In this document: in pieces, positions 27,175-36,157 of the stretch
Layout of the letters: each line of letters starts with the position of its first letter
Numbering within the stretch: position 1 is the first letter of the stretch
NCBI GenBank assembly: GCA_965243255.1
Contig: CBDEUH010000004.1
Span: forward strand, 766,979 to 830,978
Reading direction: 5' to 3'
Source: Dehalococcoidia bacterium
GTDB lineage: Bacteria; Chloroflexota; Dehalococcoidia; Lucifugimonadales; UBA3495
DNA: 64,000 bases
Notes under the pieces: generated by a model
Told to the model about the DNA's origin: nothing
The model's input: the letters and a program-made list of their open reading frames with translations, nothing else
Database searches by the model: none
Translations under genes and position numbers: made by a program

Positions 27175-28917
27175 ATGAACATGGAAAGAATACTGATACA
27201 GCGTTTCAAAACGGTAATGGCCGTTGGGTGCGGCCTATTGCTGGTGCTGGCGGTGGCCTGCGGGACTGCCGCCGAACCCAGTGAGACGGCCCCGTCCACG
27301 GGTAGCAGCGACGTACAGGCGACCGCGCCGGCGGCGGCTGCATCGCAACAGCAGGTCGCGACCGCCGCGCCGGTGCAACAAGCAGATTCGTCGACTTCCG
27401 CTCAACAACAGAACGAGCCCGCTGAAGCCGCAATGGCGGAGCGGCCCATATTGAACGCAGGCGTCATCTGGTTGGACAGTCCCCTGGACCCGGTGCAGAG
27501 CGGTTGGGTTGCCAATCAATCGGGGATGTCGGAGAACCTGTTCCGACTGTCGGGAAGCACCCTCAGTCCGGAGCCGTGGCTGGCAACGGAAGCCACGCAT
27601 GTGGACCCATTGACCTGGGAGATAGAAATCCGGTCGGGGGTCAAGTTCCACAATGGCAACCCGTTGGATGCGGAAGCGGTGAAGGCTTCCCTGGAGCGGG
27701 CCATTCGGATGTCGGAAGCGGCGGCGGATATATTGTCTGCCGACACGATATCGGTTAAGGACGCGCAGACCATCACCATCACCACCACGGCGCCGCAGCC
27801 GACGTTGCCGGGCCTGCTGATTACTCCGGTATTCGGCATTCACGACGCGGTGGCGGCGGACGCCGCCGGCGAGGGCAATTTCATCGAAGCGCGCGCGCTT
27901 ACCGGGCCGTACATTCCCACGGCTTACGTCCAGCTGGAGCACCTTGACAGCGTAGCCAACGACGATTACTGGGGTGGACCGCCCCCGCTGGCCGGCATCA
28001 ATAGCCTTGCGATCCCAGATACCAACAGCCGGGAGCTGGCGCTGCAGGCCGGAGACGTGGACATCATCATCAACGTGTCACCGGATGGATCCCAGGTAAT
28101 CAACGCCAACCCGGGCACGCAAACCGCGACCGCCGGCCTGGGCACCGCCTTGGTGCTATGGTGGGTCAACTTCGAACGCGGCACGCTGGCCGACCCGCTG
28201 GTGCGTCGGGCGGTGGCGCACGCCATTGACCGGGAGAGCATCGCCGGGCTGGTGGCGCCCTCCGGAGCGGGGTCATTCGCAGAGTTTATGCTGCCGGAAG
28301 TGGTGGTCTCGTGTCCTGACGTACAGGCGCCGGCCTATGATCCTGACGAAGCCCGCCATTTGCTGGAAGATGCCGGCTACTCGGACAGCGACGGCGACGG
28401 AATCCTGGACAAGGATGGTCAGCCGCTGGAAATTATCATCGGCGGTTACCCTCAGCGGTTCCAGCTGCCGATTATGGCCGAAGCCGCACAGGCGATGCTG
28501 GCCGATGTTGGAATCAAGGTGAACGTGCAAATCACCGAATGGTCGGTGGTAAAGGAACCCGCCTGGGACCTCTTCGGCTGGTACAACGGTGTCGTGGAAG
28601 GCGGCGGAGACCCGGTGTTCAACATCAGCAAATTCGCCGGACTGCGAGCCGATGCCGGCGGCACGGGCGGCAACAACTACGGGCACTATGACAATACCGC
28701 CCTGGCGGAAATAGTGGGGCCATCGGTATCGGTGTCCGACGTAGATGGCCGAAAGGAGATTGCCTGCCAGGCCCTGGCAGTCATCACTGACGAAACGGCG
28801 TTCCTGCCGGTGGCGCACATGAATCTGGTGTTCGGCATCAGTGACAAGGTCACCGATTTCTCGCCCCATCCGTCCAGTCTCTATTTCTTCGACCATCGCG
28901 TTGGCCTGTCCGAGTGA
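27175..28917 (+). CDS. ABC transporter substrate-binding lipoprotein, family 5 (peptide/nickel type), riboswitch-controlled
   Basis: Track ORF. Signal peptide with lipobox LAVAC-G, then a Ser/Ala/Gln linker. Family-5 SBP body. Confidence 0.85.
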   Translation: MNMERILIQRFKTVMAVGCGLLLVLAVACGTAAEPSETAPSTGSSDVQATAPAAAASQQQVATAAPVQQADSSTSAQQQNEPAEAAMAERPILNAGVIWLDSPLDPVQSGWVANQSGMSENLFRLSGSTLSPEPWLATEATHVDPLTWEIEIRSGVKFHNGNPLDAEAVKASLERAIRMSEAAADILSADTISVKDAQTITITTTAPQPTLPGLLITPVFGIHDAVAADAAGEGNFIEARALTGPYIPTAYVQLEHLDSVANDDYWGGPPPLAGINSLAIPDTNSRELALQAGDVDIIINVSPDGSQVINANPGTQTATAGLGTALVLWWVNFERGTLADPLVRRAVAHAIDRESIAGLVAPSGAGSFAEFMLPEVVVSCPDVQAPAYDPDEARHLLEDAGYSDSDGDGILDKDGQPLEIIIGGYPQRFQLPIMAEAAQAMLADVGIKVNVQITEWSVVKEPAWDLFGWYNGVVEGGGDPVFNISKFAGLRADAGGTGGNNYGHYDNTALAEIVGPSVSVSDVDGRKEIACQALAVITDETAFLPVAHMNLVFGISDKVTDFSPHPSSLYFFDHRVGLSE

Positions 28918-28960
28918 TGATCGATACCGGCCGGCACGGGATAAATAGACAGCCGTCGGC

Positions 28961-29908
28961 ATGTTTGCATACCTGACCCGACGGCTGGCTACCCTGCCGC
29001 TACTGCTGCTGGGAATCTCGGCGGTCAGTTTCGCATTGCTGAATCTGGCCCCGGGAGACCCGGCGGAGATTGTGCTGCGTCAGCGTCACCCGGGGCAGCT
29101 GCCCAGCCCGGTGGAAGTGGCGGCCATGCGAGAGGAGTTGGGGCTGAACGCCCCCTTGCCGGCGCAATACGTGCGCTGGGCGACTCAGGCGCTGGCTGGA
29201 GACCTGGGCAAGTCATTCACAACAGAACAGCCGGTGGCCGCCCAACTGGCGCGCCGCACCGTACCGACGGCCCTGCTCACGGTCGCTGCGTTCTCTCTGG
29301 CGCTGATGGTTGCCGTGCCCATGGGCATATTATCGGCCCGCAAACGGGGCAGCGCCCTGGATACCGTGGCGCGTCTGGTGGCGCTGGTAGGGGCGGCGGC
29401 CCCATCCTATGCCCTGGCCTACGGGCTAATCATACTGTTCGCGGTGAAACTCTCCTGGCTGCCGGCCCTGGGCTACGGCTCGCCGGCGCAGGTGATACTG
29501 CCAGCCTTCGCGTTGTCGCTGGGGCCCATGGCGCAGCTGATGCGGCTAATCCGGGCCAGCATGCTGGAGACCCTGGGTGAGGACTACATCCGAACGGCGC
29601 GAGCCAAGGGGTTATCCGAGCGAGTGGTTGCCTTCCGGCACGCCCTTCGCAACGCGCTGCTGCCGGCCATTGGAGCTACGGGGGTGAATCTGGGATACCT
29701 GCTCAGTGGAGCCGTCATCGTGGAAACCATCTTTACCTGGCCGGGCTTGGGTCAACTGATGGTAGGCGCGGCGGTGACCCGGGATTACCCCGTGGTGCAG
29801 GGGTTTGTGACGTACATCGCAGTGGTAGTGCTGCTAGTTAACTTGGCCGCAGACATTGCTCTGCGCATCGCCGACCCCCGTTTGCGTTTCGGGCGGGACG
29901 AGCTGTAG
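28961..29908 (+). CDS. ABC transporter permease (DppB/NikB type)
   Basis: Track ORF. Loop DYIRTARAKGLSERVVAFRHALRNALLP. Confidence 0.9.
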   Translation: MFAYLTRRLATLPLLLLGISAVSFALLNLAPGDPAEIVLRQRHPGQLPSPVEVAAMREELGLNAPLPAQYVRWATQALAGDLGKSFTTEQPVAAQLARRTVPTALLTVAAFSLALMVAVPMGILSARKRGSALDTVARLVALVGAAAPSYALAYGLIILFAVKLSWLPALGYGSPAQVILPAFALSLGPMAQLMRLIRASMLETLGEDYIRTARAKGLSERVVAFRHALRNALLPAIGATGVNLGYLLSGAVIVETIFTWPGLGQLMVGAAVTRDYPVVQGFVTYIAVVVLLVNLAADIALRIADPRLRFGRDEL

Positions 29909-29914
29909 CATCCC

Positions 29915-30811
29915 ATGACGAGCAGAGCTGAACAGTCCGGGGAACACGTTCCCGTCCTAGCCGTGGCCAGCGGCGCGCGTCAGAGACGGCGCTGGACCGG
30001 TCTGCTGCGGGAGCCGGGAACCGCGCTGGGCCTGTTCCTGGTATTGACGCTGCTGTCGGCCGGGGTACTGGCTCCCTGGCTGCCCCTGGATGATCCGACC
30101 CAAATCAATCTGCCCGACCGGTTGCTCCCACCGTCAGCAGAGCGTCTGTTGGGCACCGACCACCTGGGCCGGGATACTTTCAGCCGGATTGTGCATGGGG
30201 CTCGGATGACGCTGTTGGCCGCCACCGTGACCCTGGGTTTGAGCATGGGCATCGCGTTGACCGTGGGCATCTTGTCCGGGTACCACGGCGGCTGGGCGGA
30301 CACCGCGCTGATGGGCGTGGTGGACCTGCTGCTAGCGTTTCCTTCGCTGATATTGGCGTTGGCAGTGGCCGGCGCATTGGGGCCAGGATTGTTCAACGTG
30401 CTGCTGGCTGCGGGAGCAGTCTGGTGGGTTGGTCACGCTCGCATCATCAGGGGCGTTACGCTGGCAACCCGGCAACAGGAGTACGTGACGGCGGCGCGGG
30501 CCACGGGAGCCAGCGGCTTCAGGATCATCGTGCGGCACATTGCGCCCAACATTATCGGGCCGATTATCGTGATCGCCTCGCTGGACGTGGGATGGATTAT
30601 CCTGGGTATCGCGGGCCTGAACTTCCTGGGGCTGGGGGCGCAGCCGCCCACGCCGGAATGGGGGGCGATGCTCAACGATGCTCGCCCGCATCTACAGACT
30701 ACCCCGAGGCTGCTGCTGCTGCCGGGCACGGCTATCTTCGTCGCCGTGCTGGGGTTCAACCTGTTGGGCGACGGATTGAGGGACTTGCTGGACCCTCGGA
30801 CTACGGGATAA
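29915..30811 (+). CDS. ABC transporter permease (DppC/NikC type)
   Basis: Track ORF. Loop EYVTAARATGASGFRIIVRHIAPNIIGP. No ATPase gene follows. Confidence 0.9.
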   Translation: MTSRAEQSGEHVPVLAVASGARQRRRWTGLLREPGTALGLFLVLTLLSAGVLAPWLPLDDPTQINLPDRLLPPSAERLLGTDHLGRDTFSRIVHGARMTLLAATVTLGLSMGIALTVGILSGYHGGWADTALMGVVDLLLAFPSLILALAVAGALGPGLFNVLLAAGAVWWVGHARIIRGVTLATRQQEYVTAARATGASGFRIIVRHIAPNIIGPIIVIASLDVGWIILGIAGLNFLGLGAQPPTPEWGAMLNDARPHLQTTPRLLLLPGTAIFVAVLGFNLLGDGLRDLLDPRTTG

Positions 30812-31694
30812 TCCCCAGCCTCTCCGCCAGCCACGCGCCCCGGACGACTGCGTGCTCGTGTCCGCCACCCTCGGCGGCGCCGTCGTAAAGGCGGAAATCG
30901 CAATTGGGCAGGGCGGCAGCCAACTCTTCGGCAAGGGGTAGGGGGCACAGGCTCCGGTCGGAACGGCCCGCGCTCAGCAACACGGGAGCCGACACGGACG
31001 GAGCGGCCGGCAGCGGATTGAGCAGCGACAGGGTTTCCGTGACGGCTTGCCGGCTTTCGGGATGGGAGCGCAAATAGTCGCCCAGCTCGCCCAGGGGGTA
31101 GCCCAAGCCGGGCTGCAAGGCCGTCGGATGCCCCAGGGCCATGGGCGTATCGGCGGCGACGGCGGCCACATTGGGACGCCGGGCGGCTGCGACCAGAGCC
31201 AGGGCGGCGCCAAGGCCGGCGCCGGTCAGGGCCACCGCGCTAGTCTGCGCTACGTTTTGGGCAGACAGAGCGTCCATGGCGCGGAGGGCGTCGGCGTAAG
31301 CGCCGAGCAGGACGTAGGTTTGGGCTGTTTCGACGCCATCGGTAAGCAGGCCGGGGTAGCTGGCGCGATATATCACGTCGCTGTTGCGCTGGCCCCGGTG
31401 GGTGGCGTTCATCACTACGGCGCGGTGACGCAAGGACGTGTAGATTATGTCGTGCACGCTGGCGTAGTCGGGCATCCGGATTAGCGCGGGGAATGGGCCG
31501 CCGCCGTCTTTGGGGACGGAGAGCCAGGCGAACAGCCGGTGGCCGTCGGTGGTGTCGTAGTGCATCCGGTACACGTCCCACTCGGGCTGGGAGTAGAACG
31601 TGTCATGCTCCAGCGTAACGTTGAGGTCGGTCTCGGCCAGTTGGGCATCGGTTTGCTCCCAAAAGGCGGCCGGGGATGATGGCATACTGGTCAT
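30801..31694 (-). CDS. acetyl-xylan-esterase-like alpha/beta hydrolase paralogue lacking the nucleophile serine
   Basis: Track ORF 30801..31877, trimmed to the ATG at 31694 (MTSMPSSPAAFWEQ...). It aligns by eye with the next gene. The GxSxG position reads TGAGLG instead of GSSQGG. The Asp (GRSDRSLCP) and His (GGGHEH) positions are retained. Confidence 0.65.
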   Translation of the reverse strand: MTSMPSSPAAFWEQTDAQLAETDLNVTLEHDTFYSQPEWDVYRMHYDTTDGHRLFAWLSVPKDGGGPFPALIRMPDYASVHDIIYTSLRHRAVVMNATHRGQRNSDVIYRASYPGLLTDGVETAQTYVLLGAYADALRAMDALSAQNVAQTSAVALTGAGLGAALALVAAARRPNVAAVAADTPMALGHPTALQPGLGYPLGELGDYLRSHPESRQAVTETLSLLNPLPAAPSVSAPVLLSAGRSDRSLCPLPLAEELAAALPNCDFRLYDGAAEGGGHEHAVVRGAWLAERLGIIP

Positions 31695-31704
31695 GGTGAA
31701 CCAC

Positions 31705-32637
31705 TCAGGCCGGCGTCGTGCCGATGCGCTGCTGCAGCCAGGCGGCCTCGCGGGCAGGGTATTGGTGGGCGTTGCCGTGTCCGGAGTTGGGGAAGAGCCA
31801 GAGCTCACGCTGGCCGCCGAGCGAGCGGTAGGCAGCGTAGCTAGTTTCGGGCGGGCAGACTTCGTCCTCCATAGCAATGCCTACGACCATAGGGCACTTG
31901 ATGCGTGGGGCGAAGTTCACAGCGTCGAAATAGCGCAGAGTTTCCAGCATTTGCTCGACGCGGTCGGGGTAGGCGCGGGCGTAGCAGGAAAGTTCGTCGT
32001 AGGGGTAGCTGCGCAGCATCTGCATCGATTCGGGGAAGCAGCACAGGAAGGGATAGCCGGATACGCCGGCCTTGATTTCCGGGCGCAGGGCCGAGGTTAT
32101 CAGGGTCAAGCCGCCGCCCTGGCTGCTGCCGCAGCAATAGATTCGGTCGGGGTCAATTTCGGGTCGGGACAAGAGGAAATCGACACCGCGCAAGCAGTCG
32201 GAGATGACGCCCTTGTAGCTGTACGCATTGCGGTCTTCCAGGCCGTTGGTGAGCAGACCGGGGTAGCCGGGGTTGAACTTGCTGCTGCTGGGCAGCTTGC
32301 CGCGCACGGCAACCGACAGCGCGGCCACGCCTTTGCCGCCCCAGTCCCGGCGCAGGGACGGTTCAGACTTGTAACCGGGCAGGATCAGCACCGCCGGGAA
32401 CGGGCCATCGCCCACGGCCGGCACGCTGTACCAGGCAAAAATCTCCAGATCGTCCAGGCTGCGGTAGCCGACCTGGTACACCTTGACGGCGTCGGTGCTG
32501 CGGAGGGGGTCGTGGTTGATTCCGGCATCCAGAGGGATTGCGGCCAACTCCGCCTGGACTCCGTCCCAGAACGGGTCAAAGTCATCGGGACAACTGACCT
32601 TCGTAGTGAAGGCTACCAAGTCTGCCTGAGTTGCCAT
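31705..32637 (-). CDS. acetyl xylan esterase / cephalosporin-C deacetylase-family alpha/beta hydrolase
   Basis: Track ORF 31705..32688, trimmed to the ATG at 32637 with GGAG upstream. Nucleophile elbow CCGSSQGGG, acid MEDEVCPP, His NSGHGNAH. Confidence 0.75.
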   Translation of the reverse strand: MATQADLVAFTTKVSCPDDFDPFWDGVQAELAAIPLDAGINHDPLRSTDAVKVYQVGYRSLDDLEIFAWYSVPAVGDGPFPAVLILPGYKSEPSLRRDWGGKGVAALSVAVRGKLPSSSKFNPGYPGLLTNGLEDRNAYSYKGVISDCLRGVDFLLSRPEIDPDRIYCCGSSQGGGLTLITSALRPEIKAGVSGYPFLCCFPESMQMLRSYPYDELSCYARAYPDRVEQMLETLRYFDAVNFAPRIKCPMVVGIAMEDEVCPPETSYAAYRSLGGQRELWLFPNSGHGNAHQYPAREAAWLQQRIGTTPA

Positions 32638-32766
32638 GCTGCATACTCCGTCGGCGCCGATTGGCCGGTTTTCCACCGCATTATACACGGTGTACCCGGT
32701 GCTATAATGCGCTCACCTGTCGCCGGGCTGACTGCGCCGGCGCGCACTTGCGGAGATGAAAACGAT

Positions 32767-33654
32767 ATGAAAGCTGGGTTTATTGGCGTCGGCAACATGG
32801 GCAACCCAATGGCTGCGAACATGATAAAGGCCGGGCATCAACTGACCGTCCACGACCTGCGTCGTGAGTCGGCCACCAACCTGCTGGAGATGGGCGCGGA
32901 GTGGGCGGATACGCCGGCCGGATGCGTTGCCGGGAAGGATGCCGTATTCACCTCGCTGCCGGTGCCGCGGGACGTGGAGGCGGTGGTGATGGGCGAGAAC
33001 GGCATCATGTCCGCCGCCGGCGCCGGCGACGTGTACGTTGACCTGTCCACCAACTCGCCCACGGTCATACGGAGCATTCATGCCGAATGCGCCGCCCGGG
33101 GCGTAACCGTGCTAGACGCTCCGGTGAGCGGCGGCGTGTACGGCGCGGCGGCCGGCACGCTGGCGGTGATGGTCGGCGGCGACGAAGCGACCTACAACAC
33201 CGTAAAGCCCATGCTGGACGCCATCGGCGCGCACGTGGTTTATTGCGGCGAAATTGGCAACGGCATGGTTACCAAAATCTGCAACAACCTGCTGACCATG
33301 GGCATCGGCGTGCTGATGGCGGAGGCGCTGACGCTGGGCGTCAAGGCGGGCGTGCCCCTGGAGACGCTGGCCGACGTAATCGCCAACAGCAGCGGCGGCA
33401 GCCGTCGCCTGGTGGAAAAGCACCCGCGCTACCTGTTCGCTGGCAACTTCGAGCCGGGCTTCGCCACGGCGCTGGCCGCCAAGGACGTGCGCCTGGCTAC
33501 AGACCTGGGGCGTGAGTACGGCATCCCGATGGAGCTGTCCAACCTGGTTGACCAGCGCCACGTGGAAGCAATGTTCCATGGCCTGGGGCCGGAGGACTCC
33601 GACGCCGTATCCAAGCTGCAGGAAGAGAAGTCCGGCGTGCAACTGCGGTTCTGA
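32767..33654 (+). CDS. NAD(P)-dependent 3-hydroxyisobutyrate dehydrogenase-family oxidoreductase
   Basis: Last 295 codons of track ORF 31600..33654. ATG at 32767 ([19 protein letters not shown]...). DAPVSGG and KICNN motifs. The upstream part of the ORF is antisense to the esterase genes. Confidence 0.85.
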   Translation: MKAGFIGVGNMGNPMAANMIKAGHQLTVHDLRRESATNLLEMGAEWADTPAGCVAGKDAVFTSLPVPRDVEAVVMGENGIMSAAGAGDVYVDLSTNSPTVIRSIHAECAARGVTVLDAPVSGGVYGAAAGTLAVMVGGDEATYNTVKPMLDAIGAHVVYCGEIGNGMVTKICNNLLTMGIGVLMAEALTLGVKAGVPLETLADVIANSSGGSRRLVEKHPRYLFAGNFEPGFATALAAKDVRLATDLGREYGIPMELSNLVDQRHVEAMFHGLGPEDSDAVSKLQEEKSGVQLRF

Positions 33655-33665
33655 CGAGGCTAACG

Positions 33666-33989
33666 TTGTTCCGCTCGGCTTATCCTGCCAGTGACCAGCC
33701 CCGGTACATCACCCGCTACGTGTATGCCGACACACAGCTGTCCACTCACGGCGGCAACGTGGGCCGGGTCAGCATTACCAGCGAGGAGCATACTCGCTTG
33801 CAACAGATGGCCGATTTCCTGGAACGCTGCTGCAACGACCTGGACGCCGCCGGCTACGACGTTATATCCATCACACCCGTCGTCAGTGGAAGAACGTCTT
33901 ACATGGCAACCAATACCGAGTTGGCAGATCCCGGGCACGGCTACAGCGTTACCGACGGGTTGATTGTTACCGGGAAACTGCGAGAATAA
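33666..33989 (+). CDS. hypothetical protein (107 aa)
   Basis: Track ORF. TTG start 6 nt after GAGG and 11 nt after the preceding stop. The GYDVISITPVV...GLIVTGK tail is vaguely DUF4177-like. No firm family. Confidence 0.45.
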   Translation: MFRSAYPASDQPRYITRYVYADTQLSTHGGNVGRVSITSEEHTRLQQMADFLERCCNDLDAAGYDVISITPVVSGRTSYMATNTELADPGHGYSVTDGLIVTGKLRE

Positions 33990-34015
33990 CCGCTACCAAA
34001 CATCAGGAGATTACG

Positions 34016-35044
34016 ATGACCAGCAGCGCCGAACGGCACGTTGAAACCGCCGACACCATTGAGGCCATTGAGGAATGCTTCCGCCTGGGCTGGACCGACG
34101 GCCTGCCGGTGGTTCCGCCGGCCGATTATAAAGTCCGGGAGATGCTCTCCGTGGCCGGACTCACCGGCGAGGAGGAACTGCTGAACCTGGATATGCGGAG
34201 CCGGGTGATTACGTCGGAGAACGCCGCCGCCAACGCGGTGATGGCCGGCTGCCAGGCCGAATACTTCCCGGTGCTGGTTACGGCGCTGAAAACCCTGGAG
34301 GAGGAACGCAACTTCGTCAACATGGCCGCGTCCTCTACCAGTTCGCCAAGCATCCTGATGGTGCTGAACGGCCCGATACGGGACGCGCTGGGCATCAACA
34401 GCCGGGACGGATTGTTCGGCCCCGGCTTCCGCGCCAACGCCAGCATCGGGCGAGCCGTGCGCCTCTGCTTTATGAACGGGTTCGACGCCTGGCCAGGCCA
34501 GCTCGACCGGGGCACCATGGGCACGCCGGCCAAGTACACCTTCTGCATCGCCGAGAACGAGGAAACCTCGCCCTGGGAACCGCTGCACGTCAGCCGGGGC
34601 TTCGACGCCTCCGACAGCGTGGTTACCGTAGCCGTGGCCTACAACCCCGTCAGCGTGCCCAACAGCTACGGGCATACCGGACGCCAGATCCTGAACTCCA
34701 TTTGCGACTCCCTCCGTTCCGCCACCCTGGTCCATCGCTACCCGGCTCAGTGGGTCATTGTCATCGGGCCGGAGCACGCCCTGACCCTGCAAGGCGAGGG
34801 CTGGAGCCGCCGGGACATCCAGGATTACCTCATTGAGAACAGCGGACGCTCCCGCGCCGAGTTGATACGCTTGGGCTCCAAGCAGGGGCCGGAGCGACCC
34901 GGCGACGAGGACGTCATCATGCGCTGCGCCAACGAGCCCGACGACATCCTGATTATGCACGGCGGCGGCACCGGCGGACGTTACAGCGCCATCATCGACA
35001 CCACGGGCTACCGCATCCGCACCCGCAAGATTGGCGCCGACTAG
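34016..35044 (+). CDS. hypothetical protein (342 aa), family not recognised
   Basis: Track ORF. AGGAG lies 6 nt before the ATG. Good coding texture (…CFRLGWTDGLPVVPPADYKVREML…AGCQAEYFPVLV…). The antisense ORF 33941..35065 is Gly/Ala/Val junk. Confidence 0.7.
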   Translation: MTSSAERHVETADTIEAIEECFRLGWTDGLPVVPPADYKVREMLSVAGLTGEEELLNLDMRSRVITSENAAANAVMAGCQAEYFPVLVTALKTLEEERNFVNMAASSTSSPSILMVLNGPIRDALGINSRDGLFGPGFRANASIGRAVRLCFMNGFDAWPGQLDRGTMGTPAKYTFCIAENEETSPWEPLHVSRGFDASDSVVTVAVAYNPVSVPNSYGHTGRQILNSICDSLRSATLVHRYPAQWVIVIGPEHALTLQGEGWSRRDIQDYLIENSGRSRAELIRLGSKQGPERPGDEDVIMRCANEPDDILIMHGGGTGGRYSAIIDTTGYRIRTRKIGAD

Positions 35045-35142
35045 TCCGAAACAGGGGTTACGCAATCACCCGGTTTGACGGTACAATCGGGCCATCACAT
35101 TACAACCACGGTTACCACGACACCGACGGAGGTTAGATAGCA

Positions 35143-35709
35143 ATGACGACCGCCGAATCCATGAGCCGCCTCCGGCTCGTCAACCCCAAGGGCACCGAGC
35201 TGCCCCAGAGCGAATTCCACATGAACGACCGCTCCGGCGGCCTGGCCGGCAAGCGTCTGGGCCTGATGGAGAACTCCAAGGCCAACGCCGACAAGCTGCT
35301 GCATGAGTTGGGCAACATCCTCAACGAGCGGCACGGCTTCTCCGAGGTCAGGTATTTCAGCAAGCACCACGCCAGCCTGCCCGCCAAGCAGGACGTCATC
35401 GACTCCATCCTCGGCGAGGTTGACTACCTCATCACCGGGGTGGGTGATTGAGGGTCCTGCAGTTCGTGCAGTGTGCACGACGGAATCGACATGGAAAAGC
35501 GCGGCGTCCCGACGGCTGCCATCATCACCCACGTGTTCCTCAACACCGCCCAGGCCATGACCCGGATGATGGGCGTGCCCGAATATCGCTACGTGGTGGC
35601 GCAGCATCCCCTGTCCAGCCTCACCGACGACGAAGTGAAGGCTCGGGCCAACGAACTGGCCGACGAGGTTGAGTCCATTCTGACGGGCGTACCCGTAGCG
35701 TCTGCCTAA
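35143..35709 (+). CDS. UGSC-motif selenoprotein candidate (TGA at 35449..35451 read as Sec)
   Basis: Track ORFs 35143..35451 and 35473..35709 share a frame. Read-through gives LITGVGD-U-GSCSSCSVHDGIDMEKRGVPTAAIITHVF. Stem-loops lie directly 3' of the TGA. GGAGG lies upstream of the ATG at 35143. Confidence 0.7.
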
Positions 35710-35721
35710 CCCGGCGGGCTG

Positions 35722-36114
35722 TTGGTGTCAACTACCGACGGGTCAGCGTCGCCTCGCCCGGCTGTGAACCCGGCCATCCGGGCGGGCCTGACGGGCGAGG
35801 TTGAGGTGACCATCGCCTCGGAGCATCTGGCGCCCCACGTGCCGAAGTTCTGCACGCCGGCGATGCTCTTCATCATCGAGCAGGGTTGCTACCGTGCGGT
35901 AGTATCCCTGCTTTACCCGGGGCAAACCGTGGTCGGCTACCGGTTCGACATCAGGCACCTGGCGGCGGCGGGCATCGGCGACCGCGTAACGGCACGCTGC
36001 ACGCTGACCGAGGTTGCATACAACCGGCTGGAGTTTTCGGCCCAGGTACAGCGGGACGATACGTTACTGGGCACGGCCCAGCTCTACCTGGCGGTAGTGG
36101 ATCAAGCATCGTAG
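35722..36114 (+). CDS. hotdog-fold thioesterase-family protein
   Basis: Track ORF (TTG/GTG start). The pattern FCTPAMLFIIEQGCYRAV...GQTVVGYRFDIRHLAAAGIGDRVTARCTL is typical of the small FlK/4HBT-like hotdog thioesterases. Confidence 0.65.
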   Translation: MVSTTDGSASPRPAVNPAIRAGLTGEVEVTIASEHLAPHVPKFCTPAMLFIIEQGCYRAVVSLLYPGQTVVGYRFDIRHLAAAGIGDRVTARCTLTEVAYNRLEFSAQVQRDDTLLGTAQLYLAVVDQAS

Positions 36115-36146
36115 GGGCGAATGGTTATTCGCCCCTGCTACTTTTT
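36113..36146 (+). terminator. intrinsic terminator; copy 2 of the GGGGCGAAT/ATTCGCCCC element
   Basis: AGGGGCGAAT (36113..36122), loop GGTT, ATTCGCCCCT (36127..36136), then GCTACTTTTT. It overlaps the TAG stop of the thioesterase gene. Confidence 0.65.
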
Positions 36147-36157
36147 GGAGGTTCAAG

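Noticed and set aside
31600-32766. N-terminal 389 codons of the 684-aa + strand ORF 31600..33654
   Set aside because: Antisense to the two esterase-like genes. The dehydrogenase begins at the ATG at 32767 with a canonical GxGxxG N-terminus.
33941-35065. 374-aa minus-strand ORF
   Set aside because: Antisense to the 342-aa hypothetical gene. Gly/Ala/Val/Arg junk and no SD.
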